Virus record (IMG/VR): IMGVR_UViG_3300010429_000387
Location: 64,001 to 128,000 of that record
Origin: a virus
Lineage: Duplodnaviria > Caudoviricetes
Length of the DNA stretch: 64,000 nt
Direction: 5' to 3' (one strand)
Of this stretch, positions 36,978 to 46,120 are shown piece after piece. How positions within the stretch are numbered: position 1 is the stretch's first letter; the number at the start of each line of letters is the position of its first letter. The position numbers and the translations under genes are program-made. The notes under the pieces are model-generated. The model saw only the letters and a program-made list of their open reading frames with translations, was not told the origin of the DNA and searched no databases.

Positions 36978-39066
36978 GATCTCCTTCCTGTTTCGGACAG
37001 ACGTTCACCTCTCAGACCGGTCCCCTATGTCTTGGAAGGGGGACTACTCGGCTGAGATTTTCTCCAACCTAGAGCAGATTGGAGAGCTTGCCAAGGTGCA
37101 TCAGGTCAATGCGGTCTTGGATGGAGGTGACTACTTCCACATCAAGGCCCCAACCCGGAACCCTCACCACCTCAACGAGAGGTCGGCCAGAATCCACCGG
37201 GCGTACCCCTGCCCCACGTATTGCATCGAGGGCAACCACGACCTGGCCTACAACAACCTGGAGAGCTTGTCGAAGCAGCCCCTAGGGGTCCTTTACGCCA
37301 GCGGGATCTTCCAGCATCTTCGTGAACAGGTCTTCGAGGATGGTGACCTTCGTGTTCGGGTTGTCGGGGTCCCGTATAGCCCCAACCGGTCCCTGAGCGA
37401 TATGCTCAACATCCAGAAGAAGAAGGGTGACACCCACCTCATTGCGATTGTTCACTCCCTTGCAGCCAAGAACCCTCCAACTTCGGTTGAAGACTTCTGG
37501 AACGAACCTGTTTTCCCCTATGAGTCTCTGGTCAGCCGGAACGGTCCCGATGTGTGGTGTTTCCCACCTGGAACACCTGTTCTGGATTGGCTTTATCGTC
37601 CGGTACCCATTGAGAAGGCGGGTAACAGCTTAGCTATCGCAGGCAGAGCAGGACCAACCACCATAGAAGTGGTCCACCCAGTCCGTCAAGTCAACGAGGA
37701 CCTGATTCACCTTGACATTGAGGGGGTCCCTCCCCTGGTTCAAGGTGTGACCTCCGAACACCCTTACTGGGTTTCTCAGGGACTTAGGTGTAAGCACCCC
37801 TCTAGGTCTTCCCGTAGGTGCCACCCTGACAAAGGGAGAGGTTCAATCCCATGTGCTATTTGTGAAAACCCTGCTGAGGTGAGTCCCACCTGGGTTAGGG
37901 CTGGAGATATACGTCCAGGTGACTTTGTCGCAATCCCTGTCCCTAGAATCCCTGTTGCAGCCCCATCGAACCCTGGGCTATCTCGCCTTTTGGGGTACTA
38001 CTCTGCTGAGGGTCACATAATCAAGAATGGGAAGGGGAAGCCCGTTTCTGGTGTAGGTTGGTCTTTCCACTCGGATGAGCTGACCTTGCACAAGGATGTC
38101 TGTGACCTTGTGAAGGAGAACTTCGGGCTGGACACCCATTTCCACTGGAACCTAGAGGAGCACACAGTTCAAATCTGTGCCTATGGTAAGAAGATTGCCA
38201 ACTTCTTCTCCAAACACGGGGGGTGCATGGCTGAGCATAAGGAACTATCCTCCTGGATCTGGGGGAGATCCCCAGTGGACCGCCTTGAGTTCATTAGGGG
38301 CTGGCTCCTTGGTGACGGCCATGCAAGGGCAGAAAAGACAGATGTTGGTGGGGCCACTGTGTCCCAAACGCTGGCTTTCCAGGTGTTTTTTCTCGCCCTT
38401 TCGGTGGGTTTACACCCGTGCTTCACCGTAAGACCCCCAAAGAAAGGGCGTCTCCAAGCCAACATCATCTCGTTCTATGGGGGTGACGGTGCGGCACTCT
38501 CACGAAGTATTGGAGTCAACCCACCAGACAGAGTCAAGACAAGAGTTTCTGGCTTTTTCTCTGGTGGATTGTACTATACCAGGGTCCGCAAGGTTACTCG
38601 TGTGTCCTACCAAGGGCCTGTTCACAACTTCCGGACAGCTTGTGGTGAGTACCTCGCGGGTGGGGTTCTGGTACACAACTGCTTCGGTCACTGGCACAAG
38701 GACCAGGGCATCGAGGTGGTGGGTGGGAAGCAGTTCGTCAACCAGGGGTCAGTGTCTCGGGGGTCCTTGGTGCGTGAAAACTTGGAGCGTACCCCCAGGA
38801 TATCACTCGTTGAGTTTGACGGGTCGGACCTACGGGTCACCCCTATTGGCTTGTCGGTGGCCCCCGCCTCTGAAGTGTTCGACTTGGAGAAGAAGGCACT
38901 TCAAGAGAGGGAGCGGCATGACATCGACCAGTTCATCATGCGACTCATCTCCGACGGTGCAGTTGACCCGGATGCAACCATCGAGGAAAACGTGAGGGGC
39001 CTCGACTTTGCGGATGACGTTCGTAGTGAGGCCCTACGTTACCTTGAGCTTGCGGAGGTCGGATGA
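36970..39066 (+). CDS. Mre11/SbcD metallophosphoesterase, intein-containing
   Basis: TDVH, GGDYFH, GNHD, GHWH. Confidence 0.9.
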   Translation: MPRISFLFRTDVHLSDRSPMSWKGDYSAEIFSNLEQIGELAKVHQVNAVLDGGDYFHIKAPTRNPHHLNERSARIHRAYPCPTYCIEGNHDLAYNNLESLSKQPLGVLYASGIFQHLREQVFEDGDLRVRVVGVPYSPNRSLSDMLNIQKKKGDTHLIAIVHSLAAKNPPTSVEDFWNEPVFPYESLVSRNGPDVWCFPPGTPVLDWLYRPVPIEKAGNSLAIAGRAGPTTIEVVHPVRQVNEDLIHLDIEGVPPLVQGVTSEHPYWVSQGLRCKHPSRSSRRCHPDKGRGSIPCAICENPAEVSPTWVRAGDIRPGDFVAIPVPRIPVAAPSNPGLSRLLGYYSAEGHIIKNGKGKPVSGVGWSFHSDELTLHKDVCDLVKENFGLDTHFHWNLEEHTVQICAYGKKIANFFSKHGGCMAEHKELSSWIWGRSPVDRLEFIRGWLLGDGHARAEKTDVGGATVSQTLAFQVFFLALSVGLHPCFTVRPPKKGRLQANIISFYGGDGAALSRSIGVNPPDRVKTRVSGFFSGGLYYTRVRKVTRVSYQGPVHNFRTACGEYLAGGVLVHNCFGHWHKDQGIEVVGGKQFVNQGSVSRGSLVRENLERTPRISLVEFDGSDLRVTPIGLSVAPASEVFDLEKKALQERERHDIDQFIMRLISDGAVDPDATIEENVRGLDFADDVRSEALRYLELAEVG
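37558..38679 (+). mobile_element. intein with LAGLIDADG homing endonuclease (374 aa)
   Basis: CFPPGT start, TSEHPY block B, LLGYYSAEG and FIRGWLLGDG, VLVHN/C end. Confidence 0.93.
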
Positions 39067-40037
39067 GCAACGGAGTCAACTACATATCCTACTCTGGGTA
39101 CAAGCTCTACATCCAGTGCCCCTTTGCGTACTGGAATAGGTACGTCAACAAGACTACCCTTGCAGATGCGGAGAACGGGCTTGGGACCCTCTACGGGTCA
39201 ACCGTTGGCCTCGTGTTCGAGGCGTTCTATCGGGATCGGATCTGGAAACGAGAGGATTACCTTGAGGCCCTTCAGGGCTTGGTTGAACCCTACCTGAAGA
39301 AAGCGATCAAGGACCAAGAGAGGCAGGGTCGAATCATCGACTGGTCTGATGAGGAGGCCACCAAGACCTATAAGAACCAGGGAGAGCTGGTAGCCGACAT
39401 CCGGGATTCAATCCCAAGGGGTGTTCAAACCATTCGGCAGAACAAGCTGATGGGGCCTTTCATGGAGGCCGAGATGAAGCTGGATTGCCGCTTCGGTGGG
39501 TACACCATTGGAGGGCGTGCCGACTTCGTGGTTCAGCGGACTCAACCTCATGGTGACCTGGTCATCCTTGATGGGAAGGGATCCAAGCATCGGGCCAAGT
39601 ACGTTGACGGCCATGCGTTGAAAGAGGGGGCCGCTATCGAGGGCGTTCAGCTCAAGTGGTACGCCTTCCTGTACCGTGAGCGCAAGAAGCGGACCCCGGA
39701 TGCCCTTGGGTACATCTTCTGGAAGTTCGGGGGCGAGCAGGCCATGGAGTGGGTCCCCTTCAAGGCCAAGGACCTCGATGACCTGAAGGATGAGGTACTG
39801 GCAACCCTGACTAGGATCGATACTTCGGTGTCAAGGCTCTATAGCCTATCGGGTAAGCCGCAAGCCTGTGCGGACTTGCGTGAGGAGCTGTTCCCTGCTC
39901 AACCGGGGGACGGATGCCGTCTGTGTTCCTACGTGTCTGTTTGCGAGGATGGTCAGAAGAAGACCAAATCGTTCAAGAGGGCTCGCCTGGAACTCCCCGA
40001 AGGTGTAAATGAGCTGACACTCGGCCTGGACGATTGA
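39063..40037 (+). CDS. PD-(D/E)XK nuclease (AddB/Cas4-like, 4 Cys)
   Basis: SYS...QCP, GRADF, ILDGK, QLKWY, CRLCSYVSVC. Confidence 0.88.
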   Translation: MSNGVNYISYSGYKLYIQCPFAYWNRYVNKTTLADAENGLGTLYGSTVGLVFEAFYRDRIWKREDYLEALQGLVEPYLKKAIKDQERQGRIIDWSDEEATKTYKNQGELVADIRDSIPRGVQTIRQNKLMGPFMEAEMKLDCRFGGYTIGGRADFVVQRTQPHGDLVILDGKGSKHRAKYVDGHALKEGAAIEGVQLKWYAFLYRERKKRTPDALGYIFWKFGGEQAMEWVPFKAKDLDDLKDEVLATLTRIDTSVSRLYSLSGKPQACADLREELFPAQPGDGCRLCSYVSVCEDGQKKTKSFKRARLELPEGVNELTLGLDD

Positions 40038-40048
40038 GGTAGACCTAC

Positions 40049-40330
40049 ATGACCCTGATGACCCCTGACAAACTTCATGAGAGAATGCAGAACCTTTCAA
40101 CTCGCCATGCGAAAGTCCTTCGCAGAAAGGCGGAGTTGGGTGGTGAGCTGAAGTCTAAGAAGGAAGAGCTGGCCTCTTTGGTCAAGGAGATCCAGGCGGC
40201 AGGGTACAACCCCAAGACCCTCGTTGAGGACCGGAACAAGGCCCAAGAGGAGTTGGAGACGCTTCTCGACACGTTCGAGACCAACCTGGTCGAAGCGGAG
40301 ACGATCCTCTCCGAGTTCGATAAAAAGTGA
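40049..40330 (+). CDS. small coiled-coil protein
   Basis: Heptad pattern across 93 aa. Confidence 0.75.
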   Translation: MTLMTPDKLHERMQNLSTRHAKVLRRKAELGGELKSKKEELASLVKEIQAAGYNPKTLVEDRNKAQEELETLLDTFETNLVEAETILSEFDKK

Positions 40331-40342
40331 GAGGAAACAGAG

Positions 40343-41602
40343 ATGAAGATTGAATTTAGCCTTCCGGACCTCTTGAAGGCGCTTGAGGTCGTTTCCATCG
40401 TCACCCCTCGTCCGGTGACGGCCAGTGGAGCAGCAGGGTACCTGTTCGTTGTCCGGGGTCAGGAGTGCTTCCTGTACTCCCGTGATGAACTCTGTGTCGC
40501 CCGAGCCAGCTTCCCTCTGTCCGAGTCGTCTGAGGATGGGCAGTTCGTCTACCCGGCTGAGTCCATCGACGCTCTCAAGTACCTGGATGACGACTCGTGT
40601 ACCATCGAGGCATCCAGCGTAGACGAGCGATTCACTGTTCGATACCAGACCGCTTCTGGGGTTGAGGCAGAGCGAAGCTCTTTCGACCCTCAACTCCTTT
40701 CGACCTTCGATGAGGACCTGGAGGCAGCAGCAGCCTCGTCCGTCGAGTTCCGTTCCGGAGTGCTTCGAGAGGCTATCAACCTTGCCAAGCCCTTCATCGG
40801 GAAGGTCGGGGACTCCAAGGTCGGGGAGCACTTCAAGGGGCTCCAGATCATGGATGCCACCAGGGTGGATAAGGACAAGGGTATCGACTACTCCAAGGGT
40901 GATGGGTACCTATTCGTCTCGGATGGGACCCGCACCTTCTTCTTCCAGTGCGATGACTTCAAGGGAAAGAGCCTGGAGATACACGCTCAGTTCCTTGGTC
41001 TATTCGTGAGCTTCCTCAGCAAGTGCAAGGAGAAGGTGGTCATCCGCAAGGGCTCTCACCTCATCTTTGCCATGAGCGAGTCGGGTCAGGTTCTTGGGTG
41101 GCCCCTCCACACAAAGCTCCACGACAAGTTCGTCTACTACACTCTCAAGACGGACAACAAGCACGTCTTCCAGGTGAACCGGGCTCGCTTCGTCAACTCT
41201 CTTCAGCACGCTAGGATGGAGCTGCCCGCCAAGCAGAACAAGGTCAAGCTCAACTTCAGTCAAGAACGTAAGAGTATCTGGATCGGGATCGCAGAGGGTT
41301 CCTCCAAGGCCAAGGGCATCCCAGTTGAGGTTAAGGTCATCTCGGATGCTGACCCATCGGAAGTCACAGACTTCTCGCTTGGGATCAACCTCGACTTCTT
41401 GATCGAGCTGGTAAACTCAGTGAAGGGGCATACCGTGGAGTTCCGATGCGGTATCTTCCCAGCGAGTGAGACCCGTAAGCGTGACATGGGCCTCTTCCGG
41501 ACGATTGACGACTTCCGTCTCGACCCGTCAGGCAAGGTAACTCCGGAATCAGAGGGGTCTTTCCAATGCAAGGTGACTCGATTCATGCCCTCAAAGGACT
41601 GA
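40343..41602 (+). CDS. dnaN: divergent DNA polymerase III beta sliding clamp
   Basis: MKIEFS..DL..AL..V, SDG.R, GINLDFLIELV, C-terminal MP; clamp-loader context. Confidence 0.65.
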   Translation: MKIEFSLPDLLKALEVVSIVTPRPVTASGAAGYLFVVRGQECFLYSRDELCVARASFPLSESSEDGQFVYPAESIDALKYLDDDSCTIEASSVDERFTVRYQTASGVEAERSSFDPQLLSTFDEDLEAAAASSVEFRSGVLREAINLAKPFIGKVGDSKVGEHFKGLQIMDATRVDKDKGIDYSKGDGYLFVSDGTRTFFFQCDDFKGKSLEIHAQFLGLFVSFLSKCKEKVVIRKGSHLIFAMSESGQVLGWPLHTKLHDKFVYYTLKTDNKHVFQVNRARFVNSLQHARMELPAKQNKVKLNFSQERKSIWIGIAEGSSKAKGIPVEVKVISDADPSEVTDFSLGINLDFLIELVNSVKGHTVEFRCGIFPASETRKRDMGLFRTIDDFRLDPSGKVTPESEGSFQCKVTRFMPSKD

Positions 41603-42261
41603 CCCGACGCCAGCGAGTCCGGAACCTTCAGGACCAGGTGACGACGGTCAAGGCTATCCGGGACCAGCTAGCTGAGGACCTGGCGGGTAAGGAGAGGGAG
41701 ATTGAGGCCCTTGCCGCCCGCCAGGAGGTCCTTTCCAAGGTTTCAGAGCTGTACCGTGTGCTCATGGACCGGATGGTCATGGGGCAGGTCAAGGTCATCG
41801 AACGGGTGGTGACCGAGGGTCTCAGGACGATCTTCTTCGACCAGGACCTCAGCTTCAAAGCGGAGCTGTCCTCGAAGTACAACCGGGTGTCTGCTGACTT
41901 CTTCATCTGCCAAGGGGACCCGGAGAACGGTGGCATCAAGGGGTCCCCCCTCGACTCGTTCGGGGGTGGCCCATCGAGCATCACCAGCCTGATTCTTCGG
42001 ATCCTCACCCTCCTTCGGCTCAAGCGTCGGAAGTTGCTGCTTCTCGATGAGACCTTGGCAGCGGTGTCAGATGACTACATCGAGACCACCGGTCAGTTCC
42101 TCAAGAAGCTGTCTGAAACGACCGACCTACCGATTCTCATGGTGACGCACAAGCCAGCTTTCCTTGACCACTCGGCTACTGCCTACCAGGGGGACTCCAG
42201 GGTCTCTGCCACCACTGGGAAGAGCCACTTCATGGTCAAGAAGCTACGAGGTGCCGTATGA
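41566..42261 (+). CDS. Rad50/SbcC C-terminal half (signature, Walker B, H-loop)
   Basis: SFGGG, LLLLDE, MVTH. Confidence 0.85.
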   Translation: MQGDSIHALKGLTRRQRVRNLQDQVTTVKAIRDQLAEDLAGKEREIEALAARQEVLSKVSELYRVLMDRMVMGQVKVIERVVTEGLRTIFFDQDLSFKAELSSKYNRVSADFFICQGDPENGGIKGSPLDSFGGGPSSITSLILRILTLLRLKRRKLLLLDETLAAVSDDYIETTGQFLKKLSETTDLPILMVTHKPAFLDHSATAYQGDSRVSATTGKSHFMVKKLRGAV

Positions 42262-42785
42262 GGACGGGAGCAGAGATCAGGTCACGGGTTCGGGAGTTGG
42301 TCTCCCAAGAACTTGACCGAAGAATCCAGGAAGCCTCCGAGCGCCTTCCCCACCGATGTACCCACAACTACAAGCATCCCCTCGACACTCGAAAGCATGT
42401 GGAGGGGGAACGGAACGAAGGGTACAACCGAATCACCCTGGAGGATGGGAGCCCAGTTCCTCAACGTATTGGGCTTTGCCTCCTTGGGTCTGAGAATCCA
42501 GAGGAGTGGGGCGGGACCATTTGTGATGAGCCCATCGACGCCAAGAAGTGCCCCTACTTCACCCCGGCCAAGAGCAAAGAAGACCTGATCCCTGAGCTGG
42601 AGGAGAACCTTCGGGATGCCTCCTGGGTTGAGGAGCATCTACCAGAGGTCCACGCTCTTATCTGGGTGCTCGGGGAGGTCACGCTTCGGGTCCCCTGGTG
42701 GAGAAAGCTCCTCTTCCGGTTCAAGCTCATTCGTACTGAGCCGGTTCTCCCCCCTATCGACCCATCTAAGCTGCTGGCCCCATGA
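42258..42785 (+). CDS. Cys-containing hypothetical protein
   Basis: CTHN, CLLG, ICDE, CPYF. Confidence 0.7.
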   Translation: MRTGAEIRSRVRELVSQELDRRIQEASERLPHRCTHNYKHPLDTRKHVEGERNEGYNRITLEDGSPVPQRIGLCLLGSENPEEWGGTICDEPIDAKKCPYFTPAKSKEDLIPELEENLRDASWVEEHLPEVHALIWVLGEVTLRVPWWRKLLFRFKLIRTEPVLPPIDPSKLLAP

Positions 42786-43366
42786 ACTTCTCGATCCTCT
42801 CCTACTTGCTCACCACTGAGCGCTACCGCCAGAGAGCTGCTAGTGGGGGAGGCTTCTCGGTTCCTGTTATGTCGGAGCGAGAGGTACCACCCACTGCGCA
42901 ACCTCTGTTGGTGACCAACGCCAGGGGAGGGTTCTCCCCTACAGTGCGGAACAGCGAGGGTTACGCTAGGTTTGGATTTTCCCCTGTCCCACTTGGGGAC
43001 GAGCCAAGGTTGTTCCTAGCTCTTCTTGATGCTCTCTGGGATCTCTCAGTAGCTTCCAACTGGGAAAACCGGTTCAACACGGTATCGGATGCCTTGTCTC
43101 ACATGCGGGCCTCTTCGTTTCAACCGAAGAGCTTGGTAATCTCAGAAGACCTTGTTGCCTCCTTCTCCAAGGACCTGGGTGGTGTAAGCGTAGGTGAGTT
43201 GGAGGGGGTTCGGGTTCTCTCAGCGAAGCTGCCACTTGGGTCTGCACTTCTTGTCACTGACCCTGCCTCGTTCGGTGTCTACACAAGAGTGGGGGACCAT
43301 CTTGGTCTTCAGCTCTTCAACGTGCGCCAAACAGCATCGGTGATAAGAACGGATGGCCTGGCTTGA
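42782..43366 (+). CDS. hypothetical protein
   Basis: Coupled ORF in operon. Confidence 0.65.
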   Translation: MNFSILSYLLTTERYRQRAASGGGFSVPVMSEREVPPTAQPLLVTNARGGFSPTVRNSEGYARFGFSPVPLGDEPRLFLALLDALWDLSVASNWENRFNTVSDALSHMRASSFQPKSLVISEDLVASFSKDLGGVSVGELEGVRVLSAKLPLGSALLVTDPASFGVYTRVGDHLGLQLFNVRQTASVIRTDGLA

Positions 43367-44057
43367 TGATTTCACCTTCTACTCGCATGATAACCTGGAT
43401 GAACGGGTCCGGGAGTCTTTGTGGGGTCGTGGTGTCTCAGAGGAGCAGATAGATGCTTTCCGGCTGGGTTACGTTGACGGAGTGCTCCCCTCACAGATCG
43501 AGTTCCCAGACGAGTTCCGGGAGTGGTCCCATCGGGGCCAGAAGCTAGCCGACTCCTACGTCCTCCCGCTCACCAATCCCCTGGGCGAGATTCTGGGGGT
43601 CCAGTTTCGGTCTGTGGAACGAGGTAACCGAGGGTACCTCGACTTCTTCTTGACCAGGTCGGAGCCCGTGCTCCTAGGTCTGGCTCAGGCCATGCCCTAC
43701 ATCTGGGATACCGGAACCATCTGCATCGTTGAGGGTGGTTTCGACTTGTTCCCCGTACAGCGGGTGTTCCCCTTCACAGTACCTACACTCACCTCCAAGG
43801 TGAACGAGGTTCTACTGCGTTGGCTACATCGACTTGTTCAGCGGGTGGTTCTGTTCTACGATGCCGACTCTGCTGGTAGAAGTGCTAGCTTCGACTTCAT
43901 CAAGGAGCACGGTTCCGGGTTCGATGTTCGGCCGTTGGAGTACCCTAGAGGTGTAAGACTACCGAACGGAAAGCCAGTGAAGGACCCGGCTGACCTTTGG
44001 GAAGCCTGGGGGGACGACAAGCTCGCTGAATACCTCAAGGCCCAGATTTCGGAGTGA
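43353..44057 (+). CDS. DnaG-like primase catalytic/Toprim domain (no zinc-binding domain)
   Basis: RG....F.LGY, IVEGGFD, FYDADSAG, KDPAD. Confidence 0.88.
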   Translation: MAWLDDFTFYSHDNLDERVRESLWGRGVSEEQIDAFRLGYVDGVLPSQIEFPDEFREWSHRGQKLADSYVLPLTNPLGEILGVQFRSVERGNRGYLDFFLTRSEPVLLGLAQAMPYIWDTGTICIVEGGFDLFPVQRVFPFTVPTLTSKVNEVLLRWLHRLVQRVVLFYDADSAGRSASFDFIKEHGSGFDVRPLEYPRGVRLPNGKPVKDPADLWEAWGDDKLAEYLKAQISE

Positions 44058-44551
44058 CCATGCCGCAAACCTACGAGAACGCTGAAGCAGTCGAGACCAT
44101 CGCCAACCAGCTCATCGGTACCTATCACCCTGAGTTGGCTACCGCCAAGTTCCGCTACCTTTTCAAGGAGAAGGCTGGGAAGAAGGGCGGGAAAGCTGTC
44201 CTGGGTACCGTCAAGAAGATGAGTGATCTCATGGTCTTCCTCATCGACGCCCAGTTCTTGATGGAGATCCCTCTCGATGTCTGGAACGAGATGGATGCCC
44301 AGAAGCGAACGGCCCTGGTGGACCACCTCCTGGAGCGCTGCACCGGGGAAGAGGATGAGCAGACGGCCGAGATGAAGTGGAGCACTCGGGAGCCAGACGT
44401 TCACGAGTTCAGCTCAATCCTTCGTCGTCACGGGGCCTGGACAGAGGACCTCTCCGGGTTCGTCTCCGTGGCTCAGACGGTTGACTTGAGCTTCATGACG
44501 GCTGCTGAGGGTGAGGAGGATTCCGAAGTCCAGACAGCGGTCAATGCCTAA
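44054..44551 (+). CDS. phage putative metallopeptidase-fold protein (degenerate HExxH)
   Basis: ALVDHLLERC, PDVHEF..I.RRHG. Confidence 0.65.
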   Translation: MTMPQTYENAEAVETIANQLIGTYHPELATAKFRYLFKEKAGKKGGKAVLGTVKKMSDLMVFLIDAQFLMEIPLDVWNEMDAQKRTALVDHLLERCTGEEDEQTAEMKWSTREPDVHEFSSILRRHGAWTEDLSGFVSVAQTVDLSFMTAAEGEEDSEVQTAVNA

Positions 44552-44563
44552 GGGGGTTCTGCT

Positions 44564-46120
44564 GTGTGGGATACCAAACATCGACCCCTGACTTTTGCCG
44601 ATGTTTTGGGTCAGAGCGGAACCGTTCAAGTCCTGAAAGCTAGGCTCAAGAACGGTACCGCCCTCGACACCAACTACATCTTCAGTGGAGGTTCGGGCCA
44701 AGGCAAGACAACCCTGGCCCGGATCTTTGCTCGGGCACTGCTTTGTCAACAGCTTGACAAGAACAACCCGGAACCGTGCAACAAGTGCGACAACTGCACC
44801 TCGATCCTCAACGACAGCTCAAGGGCCTTCGTTGAGCAGGATGCCGCCAGTCAGGGGAACATCGAGCAGGTTCGCAAGATCGTAGAGGACCTCCCATTCG
44901 CTGTGTTCGGGGCCTCCAAGCGCATTTACCTGTTCGATGAGTGCCACCGGATGAGCAAGGACGCCCAAGATGTCCTCCTCAAGCCGTTGGAGGAGCGGAA
45001 GCTCCTTGGGATGTTCTGCACAACGGAGCCAGAGAAGGTTCGGGGTGCCATCCGGTCCAGGTGCGAGGAGTATCATATCCGGAAGGTCACACGGGATGAT
45101 GTTCTTGCCCGGATGAAGATGATCCTTGCGGCTGAGGGAGTCGAGCATGATGATGAGGCGGTCCTGATCGTCATCGACTTCTGTGGGGGTCATGTTCGAG
45201 ACGTTGTGAACCGTCTGGAGATGATCTCCCAGATGGGGGCGATCACGGTTGAGAGTGTCCGGGAATACCTGAACCTCTCAGTTGTTTCCACCTACTACGA
45301 AGTTCTTCTTCGGATCCCAGGTGACACCAAGGGCGCCCTAGCCCTAATCGACAAGGCTTGCGAGAGGGTAACCCCGGAGGAGATCGCTTCCGGCCTAGCT
45401 GAATCAGCTATGAACTCCTTTCGCCTAGCCAACGGGATGAATGCGGACTTCACCTTCGCTGACAAGGCCCTGAGTCAGCAGGTGAGTAACCTGTATGGCC
45501 CCCAACTCATCAGGGTTGCTGAGTATTTCCTCAGGTCAAGGTATGTGACCCAGGTTGGTCTCATCTGTGACCTGGTGTCCCTGGCTCAGCAGTTGGGCTC
45601 TGGTCAGCCTATTGCGGCCCCCAGGGCGGCCCCCAGGGCGTCTTTCCAACCGCTACCGACCCAACCCCCGACTCAGGTGGCTCAAGCTCCTGTGGTGGTC
45701 TATGCCTCTTCTGAGCCCCTAGTCCAACCTGAGCCTGTGGTTGAGTCACCGGTCCAACCTGTGGTTGATCCACCAGCCCACTCCTTGGGGGTAACCCCAG
45801 CTCAGGCTGAAACGGTAGCAGACCCACCACCCTCGCCCTCAGCGGCTTCAACCCCCCCTGTCCTTCCCCTTGAGAGTGTCAAGTTGGATGAGTCCGGGCT
45901 TCGTTCGGATGGGGTTGGGAATCTTGGATCATCTGATAAGCGGGCTCAAACTGAGCTAGATGTCCATGTAGTTCCATTGGAACTACCAGGGTCCCAGAAG
46001 AAGTCGGTAGAGATCAACTTCAACAATCGCTCAAAGGACGGTCGAGACATTCTCCCACCATCTGTGTGGCGCCGAGAGTTCCAAGAGCTTCTGAGAAGAG
46101 GAGCCTCCGGTGCCAACTGA
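44564..46120 (+). CDS. dnaX: DNA polymerase III gamma/tau
   Basis: KHRP..FADVLGQ, GQGKTT, zinc module, FDECH, LLKPLEE, SRC. Confidence 0.93.
   Translation: MWDTKHRPLTFADVLGQSGTVQVLKARLKNGTALDTNYIFSGGSGQGKTTLARIFARALLCQQLDKNNPEPCNKCDNCTSILNDSSRAFVEQDAASQGNIEQVRKIVEDLPFAVFGASKRIYLFDECHRMSKDAQDVLLKPLEERKLLGMFCTTEPEKVRGAIRSRCEEYHIRKVTRDDVLARMKMILAAEGVEHDDEAVLIVIDFCGGHVRDVVNRLEMISQMGAITVESVREYLNLSVVSTYYEVLLRIPGDTKGALALIDKACERVTPEEIASGLAESAMNSFRLANGMNADFTFADKALSQQVSNLYGPQLIRVAEYFLRSRYVTQVGLICDLVSLAQQLGSGQPIAAPRAAPRASFQPLPTQPPTQVAQAPVVVYASSEPLVQPEPVVESPVQPVVDPPAHSLGVTPAQAETVADPPPSPSAASTPPVLPLESVKLDESGLRSDGVGNLGSSDKRAQTELDVHVVPLELPGSQKKSVEINFNNRSKDGRDILPPSVWRREFQELLRRGASGAN

Noticed and set aside
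39063-40037. Cas4 as evidence of CRISPR-Cas
   Set aside because: Stand-alone PD-(D/E)XK nuclease within a recombination operon; no array or other cas genes
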